A stretch of 64,000 bases of DNA from NCBI GenBank assembly GCA_964016885.1, contig OZ024745.1, positions 54,994,001-55,058,000 on the forward strand, read 5' to 3'. The translations under genes and the position numbers were made by a program. A model generated the notes under the pieces. It was not told the DNA's origin and searched no databases. It saw only the letters and a list, made by a program, of their open reading frames with translations. Below, one piece after another: positions 37,340 to 52,864 of this stretch. Origin of the DNA: Eledone cirrhosa. Lineage: Eukaryota. How positions within the stretch are numbered: the first letter of the stretch is position 1; every line of letters starts with the position of its first letter.

Positions 37340-37930
37340 GAAGGAACACAGGACATCTGTCAACAGTAAACTCATATATCTGAGGAGATGTTGAAGGGTC
37401 GGGCCTCGATCGCCTTTAACACACCTGAGCGGAACGATATTAAAATAATTGTAATATGCAAATAAAGTTTCTACACTAACTGCAAATCTGACATCAATTA
37501 TTTTCACTATAAGGAACCTATCCACCGGAAGCATTTGAATTGCAACTGCAAACAACCTGATAAATACCCCCTGCAGAATAAGTGCATGTGTGAAAACAAT
37601 GTACGAACTATACAACCACGTATTCAGATATGTAAGAGCAATATCGAACTTTTTCAAGAAAATGTGGTATGCACACATACATTCATTCAACAACCTGAAG
37701 CTGAGGAACTCCACAGCATTGGTGGGTAAAATTTGGAAATTGATAGAATCCGAAAATAAAGTACAGGATTTCTTGGAATCTCTTTGAATTTTCCCGCAAA
37801 TATCATTTTCATGTACACACTTGTCATATTTGTACTCTAGAAGTTTACCACATCATGACTGGAAGAATATTAATTAATACAATACAGGACAGAATTTTTA
37901 ATTGCAAACATAAGCAATGTAGGGTTTTCT
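37340..37930 (+). pseudogene. Penelope-like GIY-YIG region relic (CNC...PL..KC type)
   Basis: NCNCKQPDKYPLQNKC, HSFNN..LRNSTAL..KIWKL, CHICTLE and NCKHK. Confidence 0.65.
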
Positions 37931-38439
37931 CTTTTTACGGTCCTAACTAACGAGTGTTTGGAACCTAAAACCTATTCATTCACTTCCTCATTCTACCACT
38001 ATAACTCCTTTACATGACAGTATCTACGCTTCCTACTTCTTTGAAATAATAACAACTATGATATTAGCCGATAAGGACCATATAGTTGATAGATTGGTTG
38101 ATGTACATTGAACTAAATAATTGTTGCTGTTGTTGTTGGAGACGTTTATAGGAATGCCTGCTACTAGAATTCTATTTTTCTTTCATGTATCACATTTACT
38201 AAATCCTATTCGTATATCTTTCTTTCTTTTTCTCTTTTCATCTTCCTTTCTTATCTTCGTATGGACTGGAATATGCTATAGTTGAAACTCGTCACAGAGA
38301 TATAGATTGGTTGAGCTGAGTGTCTAAGTTTATAAAGGAATCCAGCAGGTAGAATTTAGTGGATGTTGAGCAATCAACTTAAAGATTATTGGAATGGTAT
38401 TGGTGCTGATAGAAATCAAATCAGTGCAGGGTATGCTGT

Positions 38440-39350
38440 TTACCTCGTTTTTATAGACTATTTATTTTCTTCTGATGGAAGTGTTTCCATATATAATTAT
38501 AAATTGTCTCATATATAATATTATAAATAAGCTTAATTAGATATTAAGATAGAGCGGAATTAACCTTCAGGTATCTATTATTGCTGTTGTTGTCCTACAA
38601 TCATTGTATTCGTTCGCGTCATGTTGTCTGGTTGGCACTTTCTCTGTTTGGCAGAATTTCTGTGCGGTTATAGTTGTAAGTAAGAAGGTGAGTGTTATTT
38701 CAAGATATTCTGTTTTTATAACAAAAAGAGGTGGACATTTATTTTTGGGACCTTACATATGAGTAATAACGTTATCGGCGCTATGCTAAACGCAGTTTTG
38801 ATGTGGTTTTATACATATTTGTCTTGAGATGAGAATGGCTGAGTTCGGATCCTATAGGTGAATGCATGTGTTTCCATTAGAACCACATATTTGGCTCAAT
38901 ATATTTTGTTTACTTTTATAATTATTGTTATAATTATTTTTATGAGCATTGTTGTGTATTCTGGATAGATAGAGTGTTATCCTTACATGTTTGTAAGGTG
39001 ATGCACTAGTATGAGGTACAGGAAAAAGATTATATTTATTGGCTTTAGAATATATACGTCAGAGACCGTCTGCGGTGGCTTGCTGTGGTATGTAGCTATT
39101 GAGATGTGTACTCAGTTGGGTTCTAGACAATTTAGTGTGATATGTTTCAGACGTTCTCTATGTAAGAAAAACTTGTTTTTGTAATCTGTGTGGGTAATAT
39201 AAAATCTAGTCTTGTCAGATATCATTACGAATTCCACTGTACTTCAACCATGCAGGATTCGCATTCTCGGCCTGCTATGGTTTGATGATTCGTACGTTGT
39301 ACTATCAAATGCTGTTAGTAAAGCGTTTCCGCATCTAATAAAGCAATATG
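38440..39350 (-). pseudogene. Heavily decayed Penelope-like RT-thumb/endonuclease relic
   Basis: Weak residual similarity in broken frames (DVYSKA..., ...RERI...). Confidence 0.4.
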
Positions 39351-40307
39351 TTTTCCTATTGGGGTTTTAAACGAATGTGTGTGTGTGTAGAATCCTATTT
39401 TAAATTCTGTTGTTTTTTTTTCTTTTTTGTGGTACCGATGTGTGTGTGTGTGTGTTTGTGTGTAAGTTGGAAGTTACCTCAACATGTTTACAGTATGTTT
39501 CTGAATTTTGCATTGGTCATATTATAGTTTTGGGTACGGGTGTAAATAGAGATGAATCTTACGAAGGTGTAGAATCGTTAACAAATGTTTCGAGTGACAT
39601 AGTGGAGAAGTAGGGTAATTTGATTTTTGCCTATTAATGATATTTTGTTATTTTTTCAGATTTGTTATGACTGAGAAGACACTGCTCAAATAAACTTCGT
39701 TCATTGATCCATGTTGCTATACGCAGTCACTACATACACCCAAACATAGATACATACCTGGTGAAATATTTTAACATATTCATATAATTACTATAATAGA
39801 TGCAACTATAACTATATAAATGATGTAAATATCCAATAACGTTATAAATAAAGTAGATAGAGCCTTTGTAGTTTCATTGAATTGATTACAATTAGAAAGG
39901 TGGTCATGGTAATAGATAATCCAAACACGAACACCTCACCCAGGCTTGCATGGCTAGAGTTACTTGCATCAGGGATATTTCAGAAATGATTACCTTGTAT
40001 TTTTAAGACTATATCTTGAATAGAATCCCCTTTTTTATGACACTTTGAAAATATAGATTAGGAAAAAAAATCTTACGAATTTTCAAAGGGATCTCATAAA
40101 TATAAATACAAATTCTTCATACAACTTGGCTCATGAAAACATTATTAAAAACCATTACAAATGATACTATGATTTTATGATTTCAAAAACAAAAACAAAT
40201 GGTGTGCCTCTAGTTGATTACATATGTAACGTACACTTCCATGCATACGCGAAGAATATACGTCGCAGTGTGCACTAGTCTACATGGAAACATACAAAAA
40301 CTAATAA

Positions 40308-40423
40308 CTGTTTCTACTTTTGGCACAAGACCAGAAATTATCCCAGTGTATTACTGGTACTTTATTTTATCGACCCCGTAAGGATGAAAGGCAAGGTTAA
40401 CCTAGGCGGGATTTGAACTCAGA
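40308..40423 (-). mobile_element. 5'-truncated tRNA-derived SINE
   Basis: Matches the 3' part of 32677-32857. Confidence 0.8.
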
Positions 40424-42777
40424 TGATAAATAATATTACAAAAACTAATAACGTCACACAATATGACGAATTGGCCATCATATTGGTGAAATCAACATAT
40501 CCGTTATGAATAGGAATCTGCTATCATGCCAATCCCTGTTTTAAATTCATGTATCCTAAAATACTTCGTCCCTAACTCCGAATATATTTAACAACGTCCA
40601 ACAATAGAGAACATGTTTTCGAGAGAAAGCACATCGTCTACGCTATCGTTATGAACATCACTAACGTTGCAATGAAACAATAACGCCACCGTTATCAAAT
40701 TTAACTGCAATTTTACCGACTTTCAATCAATATTAATGCATCGTCTTACGAAAGCGCTTGATTATGTATTTAATTCATTAATCTCGATATTAGAATATTT
40801 ACGTATCCATGGCAATAAAAAGAAAATTAATCCACAGTTCACAGATATAAGGGTGCAGAGTTAAAAGTTAAATGAGATTCACTTATATATAATCAATCTC
40901 ACCATATTTCATTTTGTAAACATTTCAATCAATATTCATTCAGGTAGCCGCCTTCTACATAATAGGTCTAATTACCGAAAGGTATGTACCCACAAATCAT
41001 TCAATATCTGATGGTAGCTATTCTCATAAATCTAGTATTAAACATATTTTATGTGCCTATGTAGATAAATGCTATCCATAGTTGACGCCAAATAAAGAGA
41101 CAAAATATATTTATAAGAAACCCAACGCCACTCAGCTATATGAACTCTGTAGAAGGTTAGTCAGAGATATAAGCAAACCCTTTATGAGTTTTTGTGCAAT
41201 CAAATATTCGTGGTGCAACCAAAATGGTCAGCCCTCTGGAAATTAGAATTGGGTTCACACAGCCATGAAGAAGACAATATGAGATACGTAGGCAAGAGGA
41301 ACGTGCGCGAAAACAAATGTTGACTACGACATTGCATATTTTGCGTTCACGTTTTAAAGTGGGAAGATAGAAAAATAGAAAAATCTGATGGGTAACAGTG
41401 TTGTATGAGAACATATGGAAATGTCTATGGTTGACTAGTTAAAATGATTAGACTGAGAGAGGTGAGAAATATGTTAAGAAGACGATTTGGCGTCAGAGAT
41501 TTGGGTATACATGCAGAGGAAGCAGATACGGTGTTTTATGTGTGTAGATGCCATTGCATGCTTATGATGAAATGGTGGTAAAAAAGCAGACAAAAAAAGG
41601 CAATCGATTCTCAGTTATTTAACATGTTAACCGACATTTTAAAGATAATGGATTTGGATCCTAACTCTAAGTGGGGATGGTAATCATAAGAATAAAAAAA
41701 AGTTCCATTCATTTGTGTAGGTGGCAGCATCGATATAAATCGCTGAGACCGTATATTTCTGAGATATGGACTGTAAACCATTTTATACATGTAGCATCAT
41801 AATCCTATAATCATTCGATGATCCATGCTTACATTCTGTAATTATACAACATAGTAAACAAGTAGATGATATTGTTATGTTGGGAATTATATATGCTTTA
41901 ATAAACAACCTCGTCAGATGATATTTATTCTTATTCAAACGTCCCGGAAAATATAGTAAAATGACGATAAAGTATCATACGATTTAATCAAAATGAAGTA
42001 TGAGAAAATTCTAGGAAATATTCTGAAGATATTTGAAATGCCAGTATGTTCTAATGGCAAAATTGAATTGCTTAAATCATATACGTATTTCTAAAATTAG
42101 TCGTCTGTCACATTATTTCAGCCAAAACAACGGTTTATTATGATATTGTTATTTATATAATGGTACCCATTAAGTGGAGAGACAGAATCAATCACGTTAA
42201 GATTTGTACTCGAACCATAAACAGATATAAGTAAATATGACGACAGATTTCAACTATCTGTCTCTTCATCCACGTCTACGCATAATACACAAACGTAGTC
42301 TAGTGCACCAAAACACATCTGTCAGATTGCTTTCAACAAATGAAATTCACAAACTCACTCCAGTCTTTTACTTTGATTTCGAAGATTACGCTTAATATAT
42401 ATGTTGTAATGGTAGTTTCAAATATATACTGAATAGTTGCACATCTCTGTAAAATTCAGGTCAATGAAGTTACGGTTGAGGCTTAAAGTACACTTACTTA
42501 TCGATTACGACGTACGAAAATAACATACACTAGGGATTTAATTAGGTTATGTATAACAAATCGTCTACCTCATTATATTTTAATTTATTAATTTGCACAC
42601 AATGCAAATGAATTTCTCTTCAGTTGAATCATGCCTTGTTGCAAGTTTTATGTTTCAGTCAAGCTGCAGCTTTTCTGGAGTAAATTGCAACTAATTATAA
42701 GTTTGTTGTGGCATAATGTTAGATTTTAGATTTTCAATTTAGTCTCTAGTTAAACAAATTACATAATTTTGTTATAA

Positions 42778-42860
<83 letters not shown>

Positions 42861-43849
42861 AGCTCAAAATTAATCGGTTTTAAGATGGATGTATATCAAA
42901 CGAAATGTAATTTCAACTGTAATTTAGGACGATAATTTGTATCCTTCAAACATTTTCTATGGATTTTATTTCAGGACATGAATGCTTCAAGCAATATTTT
43001 TGAATCTATTGATTTGCAAAATTAGTAGAGCGTCATACTAAACCCAATAAAATATTTAGTTTCTCGCATCTAACTTCTGATATCAAATATCAATGAGGTG
43101 AAATCTGTCTTTCAGTCATTCATGATCGATAAAATAAAGAAGTATTGGTGTTTTAGAAGTGAATGTATCGTCTATTATTATTATGTTATTGTTTTATTGT
43201 TGCTGATGATGTTGTTGTTGTTCTTGCTTTACTTCTTGTCACCCTCCTTGTTCTTCTTCCTCTTCCTCTTCCTTTTATTCTCTTCCATTTCTCTTTAGTT
43301 ACTTTCATCATCTTGTTATTCTTATTCATAAACATTTCGTTATTTTTATTGCTGGCAGAAAATCGTGAATTTCTTTGCTCCCGGATTTTCCGCTTTGTCT
43401 GTGTTGCAAGTGGTTTTGTTTGTTTTTGTGTTACTCTGAACATTTTAAAACGAGTATTTGTATCAAATTTTGCGTTCTCGTTCTTGCCCGGAGCGGAATA
43501 CTTTTATAACCTTTTCTTTATTAGACTACTTTTTGAGAGTTCACACTGTGATACCATTGCAAAAATTAAAACAGCATTTTCGATGGTGCTAGTGGGAGTA
43601 GAGTTTCACAATGTAAACAAAACGCCTTTCACATTCACACAAGAATGAAATTCAATTAGGAGAAAACCGAATAAGTCTTTTATAGAAAACGATTTGAGAA
43701 CGGTCGATTGTATCATCACAAACACGATGAAAAAAATCAATACTACTGACGTCATACTGACGTTGGTGAAACACACAAACACGATATGATAAAAAAAAAA
43801 CAACAGAAGCAATAACACAGGTATCTAGAGAACAATATTAAACTCGACC

Positions 43850-45020
43850 TTCTTTCTCAATAGAAATAGGGCTGGTAAGAATTGGATTTAGAAAGAATTT
43901 AGGAAAGTCTGATGCATGGTCTGACCGAAAGAGTTAACGAAATAAGATACCTCTTGGAGATGGCGTTAGATTACCGAGGTGTTTGATATTATCCAGAGAC
44001 GGAAATATGTTTATGAGCCCAGGGTAACGGGTTTATACCCTCAAGTTGAAAAATCCGCGTTTTATAATACACACAGAACAATAGTTTCCTCTGTTTCGTT
44101 AAAGTGAAATAGTTTCAGAAAATGTAGAAAAGCCAAACACAGTATATAATTGTAACAGCATATAGTAGACTCACTACATTAATCCAGACTCTATCGGAGC
44201 AGAGAATGGCGAGGTTATCTGCATAACCATACTGTCATGATTTTGTATGGAATATTTCCCTCACGTAGAGGTTAAAAAGAATTGGGGATAGTACCGAGTC
44301 TTGATACATTCCATTTCATATCGAAAGTGGAGTTTTCTGTTAATCTTTCGTCATCAGAACAATGATTTATCAGGTAAATCGCACCATGTGAGGGTCATGA
44401 ATTGTTCTAAGTAATTTCAGGTTTACGGCGTAGTGTCACACAGTGTGCTATGCTACGGTGAAGTCAAATAAAACAATGCCAGACCTGTAGCCCTTATTAG
44501 AGCTGTCATCAGTCGTTGGTCAGCTTGACGATATGATGTACTGTTTTCAAACCAGGGTGAAGTCCCACTTGCTCATCTGGTAGTTGTAGGTCGAATATTG
44601 GTTCCAATCTGGAGAGACACAAGAGGGAGGTTGGTCTGTAGTGTTTTGAATGGACTTCATGTGTGTTTGGTTTCGGAAGGGCAATGGCAGTAGCCTACCA
44701 CTAAACGTTCGGTCAGGATTGGCTGATAAATCTGCAAGAATATCACTCTGAAATCGTGGCCTGCAGTCTCAAACAATTCTAGAGTGGTGGAATTGTCAGG
44801 TTTCTATCCCTTACCTCTCATGAATTGATCATGGGTCCGTTTCCAAGCTTATGGGTATTGTTCTAACATTATGCTCGGGGTCTACAACTGGTTCTCCTGC
44901 CGGTTGGTTTTGTCCGTAAAATCTGTCCAGTCATTCTTTCTAGATGAATTCAATCAACATGCCTCAGAGCTGGGATCTGTCCATTCGGGGAGGAAGCGAC
45001 TCTACATGGACTTCCGAGAT
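43850..45020 (-). pseudogene. Old LINE RT relic, Ingi/Vingi-like
   Basis: EPIFDLQLPDEQVG...TVHHIVKLTND and FDFTVA*HTV*H..NLKL resemble RT domains 2-3 of this group. Confidence 0.55.
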
Positions 45021-46759
45021 ACGCACTCTATCAATTAACGTTACTAAATGAAGTAGTATTGATAAATTAAAATTGGAGATATATGTTACTCAACATTAGG
45101 AGTTAAAAACTAATTTATTTGAATCTGCTAGAAAAATATTGGCAACAGAAGTGGTAAGAATAGTGCATGTTTTCGAATGCCTAGTGGAAAATTATTTTTG
45201 CTAATGTATTGTGTGAGCCAATATCTACTAGATTTTAAAAGTGATTCGATGACGATGAGATATTCGTCTTCAATTGCGTGTTAGTTTAGGAGAATTTTGC
45301 AGGAATTTCTTGGATGCCTGTTCCGATGCTCTGCTGCACATTATTACGCTTGGCGAATGTCCATTTCGGGAAGGCATACGTATGTTACGATTTCTAAACG
45401 GCAGTCACAATAAGCTTTATGTTAGATCGTTTGATAAGTGCGTTCTATCAGAACCTATGTCAATGATAACACAAAGATATAGATTAAGCAAAGGCCAAGA
45501 TTGTGTATTCTAAATACGGCCATTTCCTATATTCTTTCTGTCAAAATCTTGTTATAACTTTCTTAGCATTTACCTGCAATCATAACAATTATAACAAGTT
45601 ATTATATGCTTTTCGCATTGAGCTATTTTAAACATCGAACTAAAGAATAATATTTTCTTCTTCCATATTATAGATGTTGAAAACAAACGCGTTACATGTA
45701 TTCTACTTAAATTATTTTGAATTTCTTTGTCGTGACATGTGGTGTATTGTATTGTTTGTCTGGTATTGAGTAACATACTTCTGACGATGTCAAACTTTGG
45801 CCGATCCATTTGTTTAATACGGTTTCAATTATTTTATTCTCATATCTATGAAATCACCAGAATGAACGTATTCAGCATTATCCTTTCTTCAGCAAATTTA
45901 ATCATAATGACTGCAAGAACTACTGATAATACTATTTCCATTTGTAATTTAAATATACTTCCTGCTTATATCCTATGTTTGCCAAGGAAATTCGCATTTG
46001 CACATTCCCCAATGCTTTGGGTCTCTGGGTCAACAAAATAAATTATTATTACTCTTAATAATAATATCAATCCTATTCATTTCACACAATATACCGTTAT
46101 ATATAATACACAAAGTATATTGTATACAGATATATGCAGTTTCGCTTGAAGATACATACTGAATAGACTCAAAAGGTGAGAAACGAAACAGGAAGAAGTG
46201 TATGAAGAATAAGGCAGTACAACAATGTACTCACAATAGAGAAAAAAAACTATTTATAAACTGGATACGTTTCTCTTTTGTTGCTGATTGCAATGATGTG
46301 TGTCAGAATACTGGGAATTATATGATTTCACGGAAATTGGTACAGGATAGCCGTCTGTTCTTTGACTGCCCTAAATTTTTTCCCCTCTTCCTTCTTCCCT
46401 TAGTCTTTCTTTTCCTACTAATTGCCGATTCTGTGTATTTTCCATTATCTCCTTTTGTCTATTCATTTTGTATTTTTCTAGTCTATTTGTTTCAAAATCA
46501 ACTTAAATTTTATATGATAATAACCATGTATGTGCATATATGTATAGCATTATCATAGCTACCAGGATGATGGTGTTGAAGATGATAGTGATGAGGATGA
46601 TGATGAGTATGAAAATGATGAGGCAGAGGAGGGTGAGGAGGAGGATGTCCATTAAGACGAGGATAATAATGTTGCTGTTGATATATAATCATCACCATCA
46701 TCATATATTTCAATTTATAGAGATTCCATATTATTTAGACCTCAGATGTAGTGTTTCTC

Positions 46760-46812
<53 letters not shown>

Positions 46813-46826
46813 ATATATATATATAA

Positions 46827-47013
46827 GGCGGTGGATTGGCAGTATCGGTAGAGGGTCGGACGCTATGCTTTCCAGCATAGTTACGTCCCTTTACGATCTG
46901 AGTTCAAATCCCGCCGAGGTTGACTTTGCCTTTCATCCTTACGGGGTCGATAAAATAAAGTAACAGTAATGCACTGCGTAATTGCTTGCCTTGTGCCTAA
47001 AGTAGAAACAATT
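46827..47013 (+). mobile_element. Full-length tRNA-derived SINE
   Basis: A and B boxes, core and tail as in the other copies. Confidence 0.88.
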
Positions 47014-47489
47014 ATATATATATATATATAATTTAGTATATATTAAATTTCATACACTTAACATACAATTTCCCAGTGAGAACTACCTCTCTCTGTGTTT
47101 AATGACGAACAGTCTACATCGATTAACTTATAACTTAAGCCATGCATATATTATGCATACACTTGTTTCAAAGCATGTAGTACTGAATCATTTTAATTTT
47201 AGGCGTTGTCTTGAGAGTTATCCCTTGTTTTAGAGATCTCCCCATGCAATAAGACAATATTTCATGAACCTACCAATGTGTCCCCTTGTACCCGACGAGA
47301 GAGGCAAGTCTTATAACGGGTTTTCTATTATACAGTAGTGGCCATAATCCAACGCTGAAATTGAAGTTCGTTCACACATGTTAAGTGTATGAAATGTTAA
47401 TGTATATTACATAAGCTCTCTTGTACCGTGTTGCCCCCTGGGGCCCACTTTCCATTCAGCCACCTGGCAAACTGGTCAGTCCACCACTG

Positions 47490-47532
<43 letters not shown>

Positions 47533-47599
47533 ACAGACGCAAACGTGGAATGGAAACACATGACAATATGACAAAATATAAACAGAGAAGATCACAATC

Positions 47600-48160
47600 A
47601 GATCAACTACATCCAGATTCAATCTCTAAAGTATAGTTACGCGAGTCTCTAAAGCATCATATTGAATGCTAAATTGCATGTGTTGACAGCATAGTTGATG
47701 TTTTCACCGTTCTAACCCACTTCTGTTAAATGATATGCAAAAGAGAGACTAGACCCAAACCATTGGAATATCATTCATATCACACTTTGAATCAAATGAC
47801 AAGCTGAAAATATACATCAACTAGCGCATTATAAGCCATATACTTCCACCTATAAAAGTTTGCTAGACATCATTCTGAAGTGACAAAAACTCAGAAGCAG
47901 ACATGATAACAAAACACAGGTATCCATTAGGATGTACAAGATCGTCAATGAAAATTCTATTGGGGAATATATACAGTGCCTGTAATAATACCTCAAAGTA
48001 CCTAGCATAGAATCTTTGCACCAAAATTAATCAGCAGTGACATCCAGGTCAGTAGGCAGGAGGCAACTAATAAACAGAGCTTGATACCATCGCCACAGTT
48101 GAATGGTCCGAATCGGAAGAGCTGTCCTGTGTTGCACAAGCGAATGCAGTGCTCATGGAT
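47600..48160 (+). pseudogene. Possible very old Penelope-like 3' relic
   Basis: SIGE motif in a GIY-YIG-like context and a degenerate hammerhead-like string near 48115-48150. Weak. Confidence 0.25.
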
Positions 48161-49099
48161 TAAAAGTTAATCTAGAACAGCAAAAGAAAAAAAATATTAT
48201 AGGATTTTGCCTGGGTGAATTTTGAGCATAGTAGAAAAAGGGAGAAAGAGATGGGGACAGAAAGCTGGGGGAATGGATCGAGAGAATGAGACATGATTAA
48301 CATATCGGAACAAACACGATAATTAAATATTATGTCTTCATTACATTTTAAATAACAGAAATTTTGAATTAAAGAAATTATTATATTAAATACTTTTGTA
48401 TATACTGAACAATACATCTTTAGATATTGATAGATATGTCTGGGCATTGTCATCTGTAGAAATATAAGGATTTGAATATTCGTAAGGATTTTTGAAGAGA
48501 ACTCAAAGTAAAAGGTAATTAAGAGGAAATTCTTGATGCAGAGGGAAATGGGACAGAATGGGGTAAACTACAATAGACCCAACCGTATTGGAAGTTTAAT
48601 TTCTTAATTTGTTGTCTTTCGAATTTATTTATTCAATTTCCATTTTCTCATATTTCACAGAATGAATTACGAATGCATATAATAATTACATTTGCCAAAA
48701 AGATATCATGTACTTGGCACAATACATGTTCCAAAATTAAAGTCACGGAAGAATTTATTTTTCAGCCCCAGCCAATATTTCACTTCCGATGTACTCAAGC
48801 CACGATGTTCTTTGATACATCTCTTAATATGTGTGAATGCCTATTGCTGATAATGCACAACCATTTTTGGCACAATGTCAAATGAGTGAATTTGGGCATT
48901 TGGCTGAAAGGTGTGTTGCCCCACTATCCTATGTGAATGAATATCAAGTAGGCCACTAGTTCTCCCCTCAAAAGTACAGGGTTTGCCAAAATAATTAAGG
49001 AGGGTAATGCAATCACATGATCACACATAATTGTGTTGACAAGGATGGGCAGACAAAAACATGGAAAACGGAACAAAGGCTAGAATAGTAACATCAACT

Positions 49100-49620
49100 A
49101 ACTGAACGTTCGTAGATGTTTACTGCAATAAAGCACGTGGAATACGTAGTTCCTGTAAAGTAAATTTTCGCATAGCATATAATTCGCTTGGGTCTGATTC
49201 GGATTTCGAAAGAGGGTGCCTCTGTAAAATCGTTGGCAGCAACTTCAGTTAAGATCTAATCATCGCTAGGTTGGTATGTGCGGGAGAAGAGATTCGTCTA
49301 TTCGGAAGAAACTCTAGAATCGTCAGAAACCGAACATCTCTAAAATGTGAAACACCTATCATAATGTGCAGAATAAATCCCTTTAGGCAGTCAAATTTCT
49401 TGTGGAAGCGCATCTCTCAGTGCTTGCAGCCAAATGCGAAGGAATTGTTGCAGTTGTTGTTCCCATTCTGAGCAATCTCTGATAAATTTCCTCAAGCATC
49501 ATACGATTTAAAAAGTAGGGGTAATGAAAGCATTGATGATCCCAGTAAGCATGTGTTACGAAAATGTTGTTGGGCCTACGTCAACTATTCGGTGTAAATC
49601 ATGAGGGAAGAACAGAGAAA
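49100..49620 (-). pseudogene. Possible very old Penelope-like RT-thumb relic
   Basis: Weak similarity only (..DHQCFHY.., ..IRPKR..). Confidence 0.25.
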
Positions 49621-49877
49621 AGGTGTTAGAATAATGGTATTTATGTTTGTGGCAACTTGAATCACCCTATGTGGTTAGCTTTTATTTTGAGGATTCGTTA
49701 CTGGTTTCTTACTATTTATTAATACCTAATCAATGTGTACTTACTGTTTTTGCTACACACATCCTTTAAATCAATCCAAAATCCTCACCGTTTCTTGATT
49801 GGTAGTATGCCATATTTCATTATGTATTCGCCCTGAGGTCTTGAGACCAGATAGCCAATAAAAAAATGTATTATCCT

Positions 49878-49988
49878 AAATTGCTATTATAATACAGCTG
49901 TTGTATCTCATACGTAGAAAGCGTGATACACTATAATGTGTGAGAAAGATATATATATATATATATATATATATATCTTTCTTCCTTT

Positions 49989-50065
<77 letters not shown>

Positions 50066-50066
50066 G

Positions 50067-50111
<45 letters not shown>

Positions 50112-50184
50112 CTCTTTCTCACACATTGTCGTGTATCACGTTTTCTACGTATGAGATACAACAGCTGTATTATAATAGAAATTT
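49878..50184. repeat. 72-bp inverted repeat enclosing a compound (TA)/(CT) microsatellite
   Basis: Arms at 49878-49949 and 50113-50184; 37 bp of the outer part are perfect. Confidence 0.9.
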
Positions 50185-51953
<1,769 letters not shown>

Positions 51954-52439
51954 TGGAGAGAGACTGAAAGGAAGAAAGATAGAGAGATTTGTTGGTGGTA
52001 GTGTATCACGCTATAGTAAGTTGAAGGTAAAAGAATCTAAGGAAATAAGAAAAAATAAGACTTGTTACGGTTGTTGTTGCCAAACCTCGTTTTTATTCTA
52101 TACTATGAAACGCCTCTCTCTCTCTCGCTCTCTCTCTCTCTGCATGTGCGTGTGTGGAGGTGGGGAGAGAAGGAGTGTGTGCGTCTGAAGTAAATAGGGA
52201 ACTATTTCTATACAAAAATAAGATTTTTCCTAAAATGATATATATTACATTCATTAAATTTCTTCGATTTATTGTATGGAGTTGCATATAATATAATATG
52301 AATATGTTTACATAACCTACAAATATGTCTTGAACCTTTTTTAATTATCCTTGGCATATTCAGGGTGTAAGATATTTTGTGGAGTTATTAGAACTCCGAA
52401 CAAATCTTAAGCAGTACTTGGTCCGGTCGTTAACGAATT

Positions 52440-52864
52440 TTGTTCAAAATCCGCCGAGGCGTCCTTAAAATGAAGTACCAGTAACGCACTGTGATCGAGT
52501 TAATCGACTTTCCCCTCCCCAAAAAATTGTTGTCTTTGTGCCTAAATCAGTAATCATTATTATTAGTAGTATGGCGCGGTGGATTGGCGTATGGCGCGGT
52601 GGATTGGCGTATGGCGCGGTGGATTGGCAGTATCGGTAGAGGGTCGGACGCCATGCTTTCCAGCATAGTTAAGTCCCTTTACGATCTGAATTCAAATCCC
52701 GCCGAGGTTGACTTTGCTTTTCATCCTTACTGGGTCGATAAAATAAAGTACCAGTAATGCACTGGGTAATTGCTGGCCTTGTGCCTAAAGTAGAAACAAT
52801 TATTATTATTAGTACCAGTAATACACTGGGTTATTGCTGGCCTTGTGCCAAAAGTAGAAACAAT
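52440..52864 (+). mobile_element. SINE cluster: decayed copy, full copy with triplicated head, and duplicated tail
   Basis: GTATGGCGCGGTGGATTGGC x3 at 52569-52628. The body runs to 52800, with a second tail at 52811-52864. Confidence 0.85.

Noticed and set aside
46827-46920. tRNA genes at A/B-box motifs
   Set aside because: They are SINE heads with an extended box spacing and a shared non-tRNA body; no cloverleaf is evident.
52569-52628. CRISPR-like direct repeats
   Set aside because: There are no spacers, the context is eukaryotic, and the repeat is the SINE 5' end.
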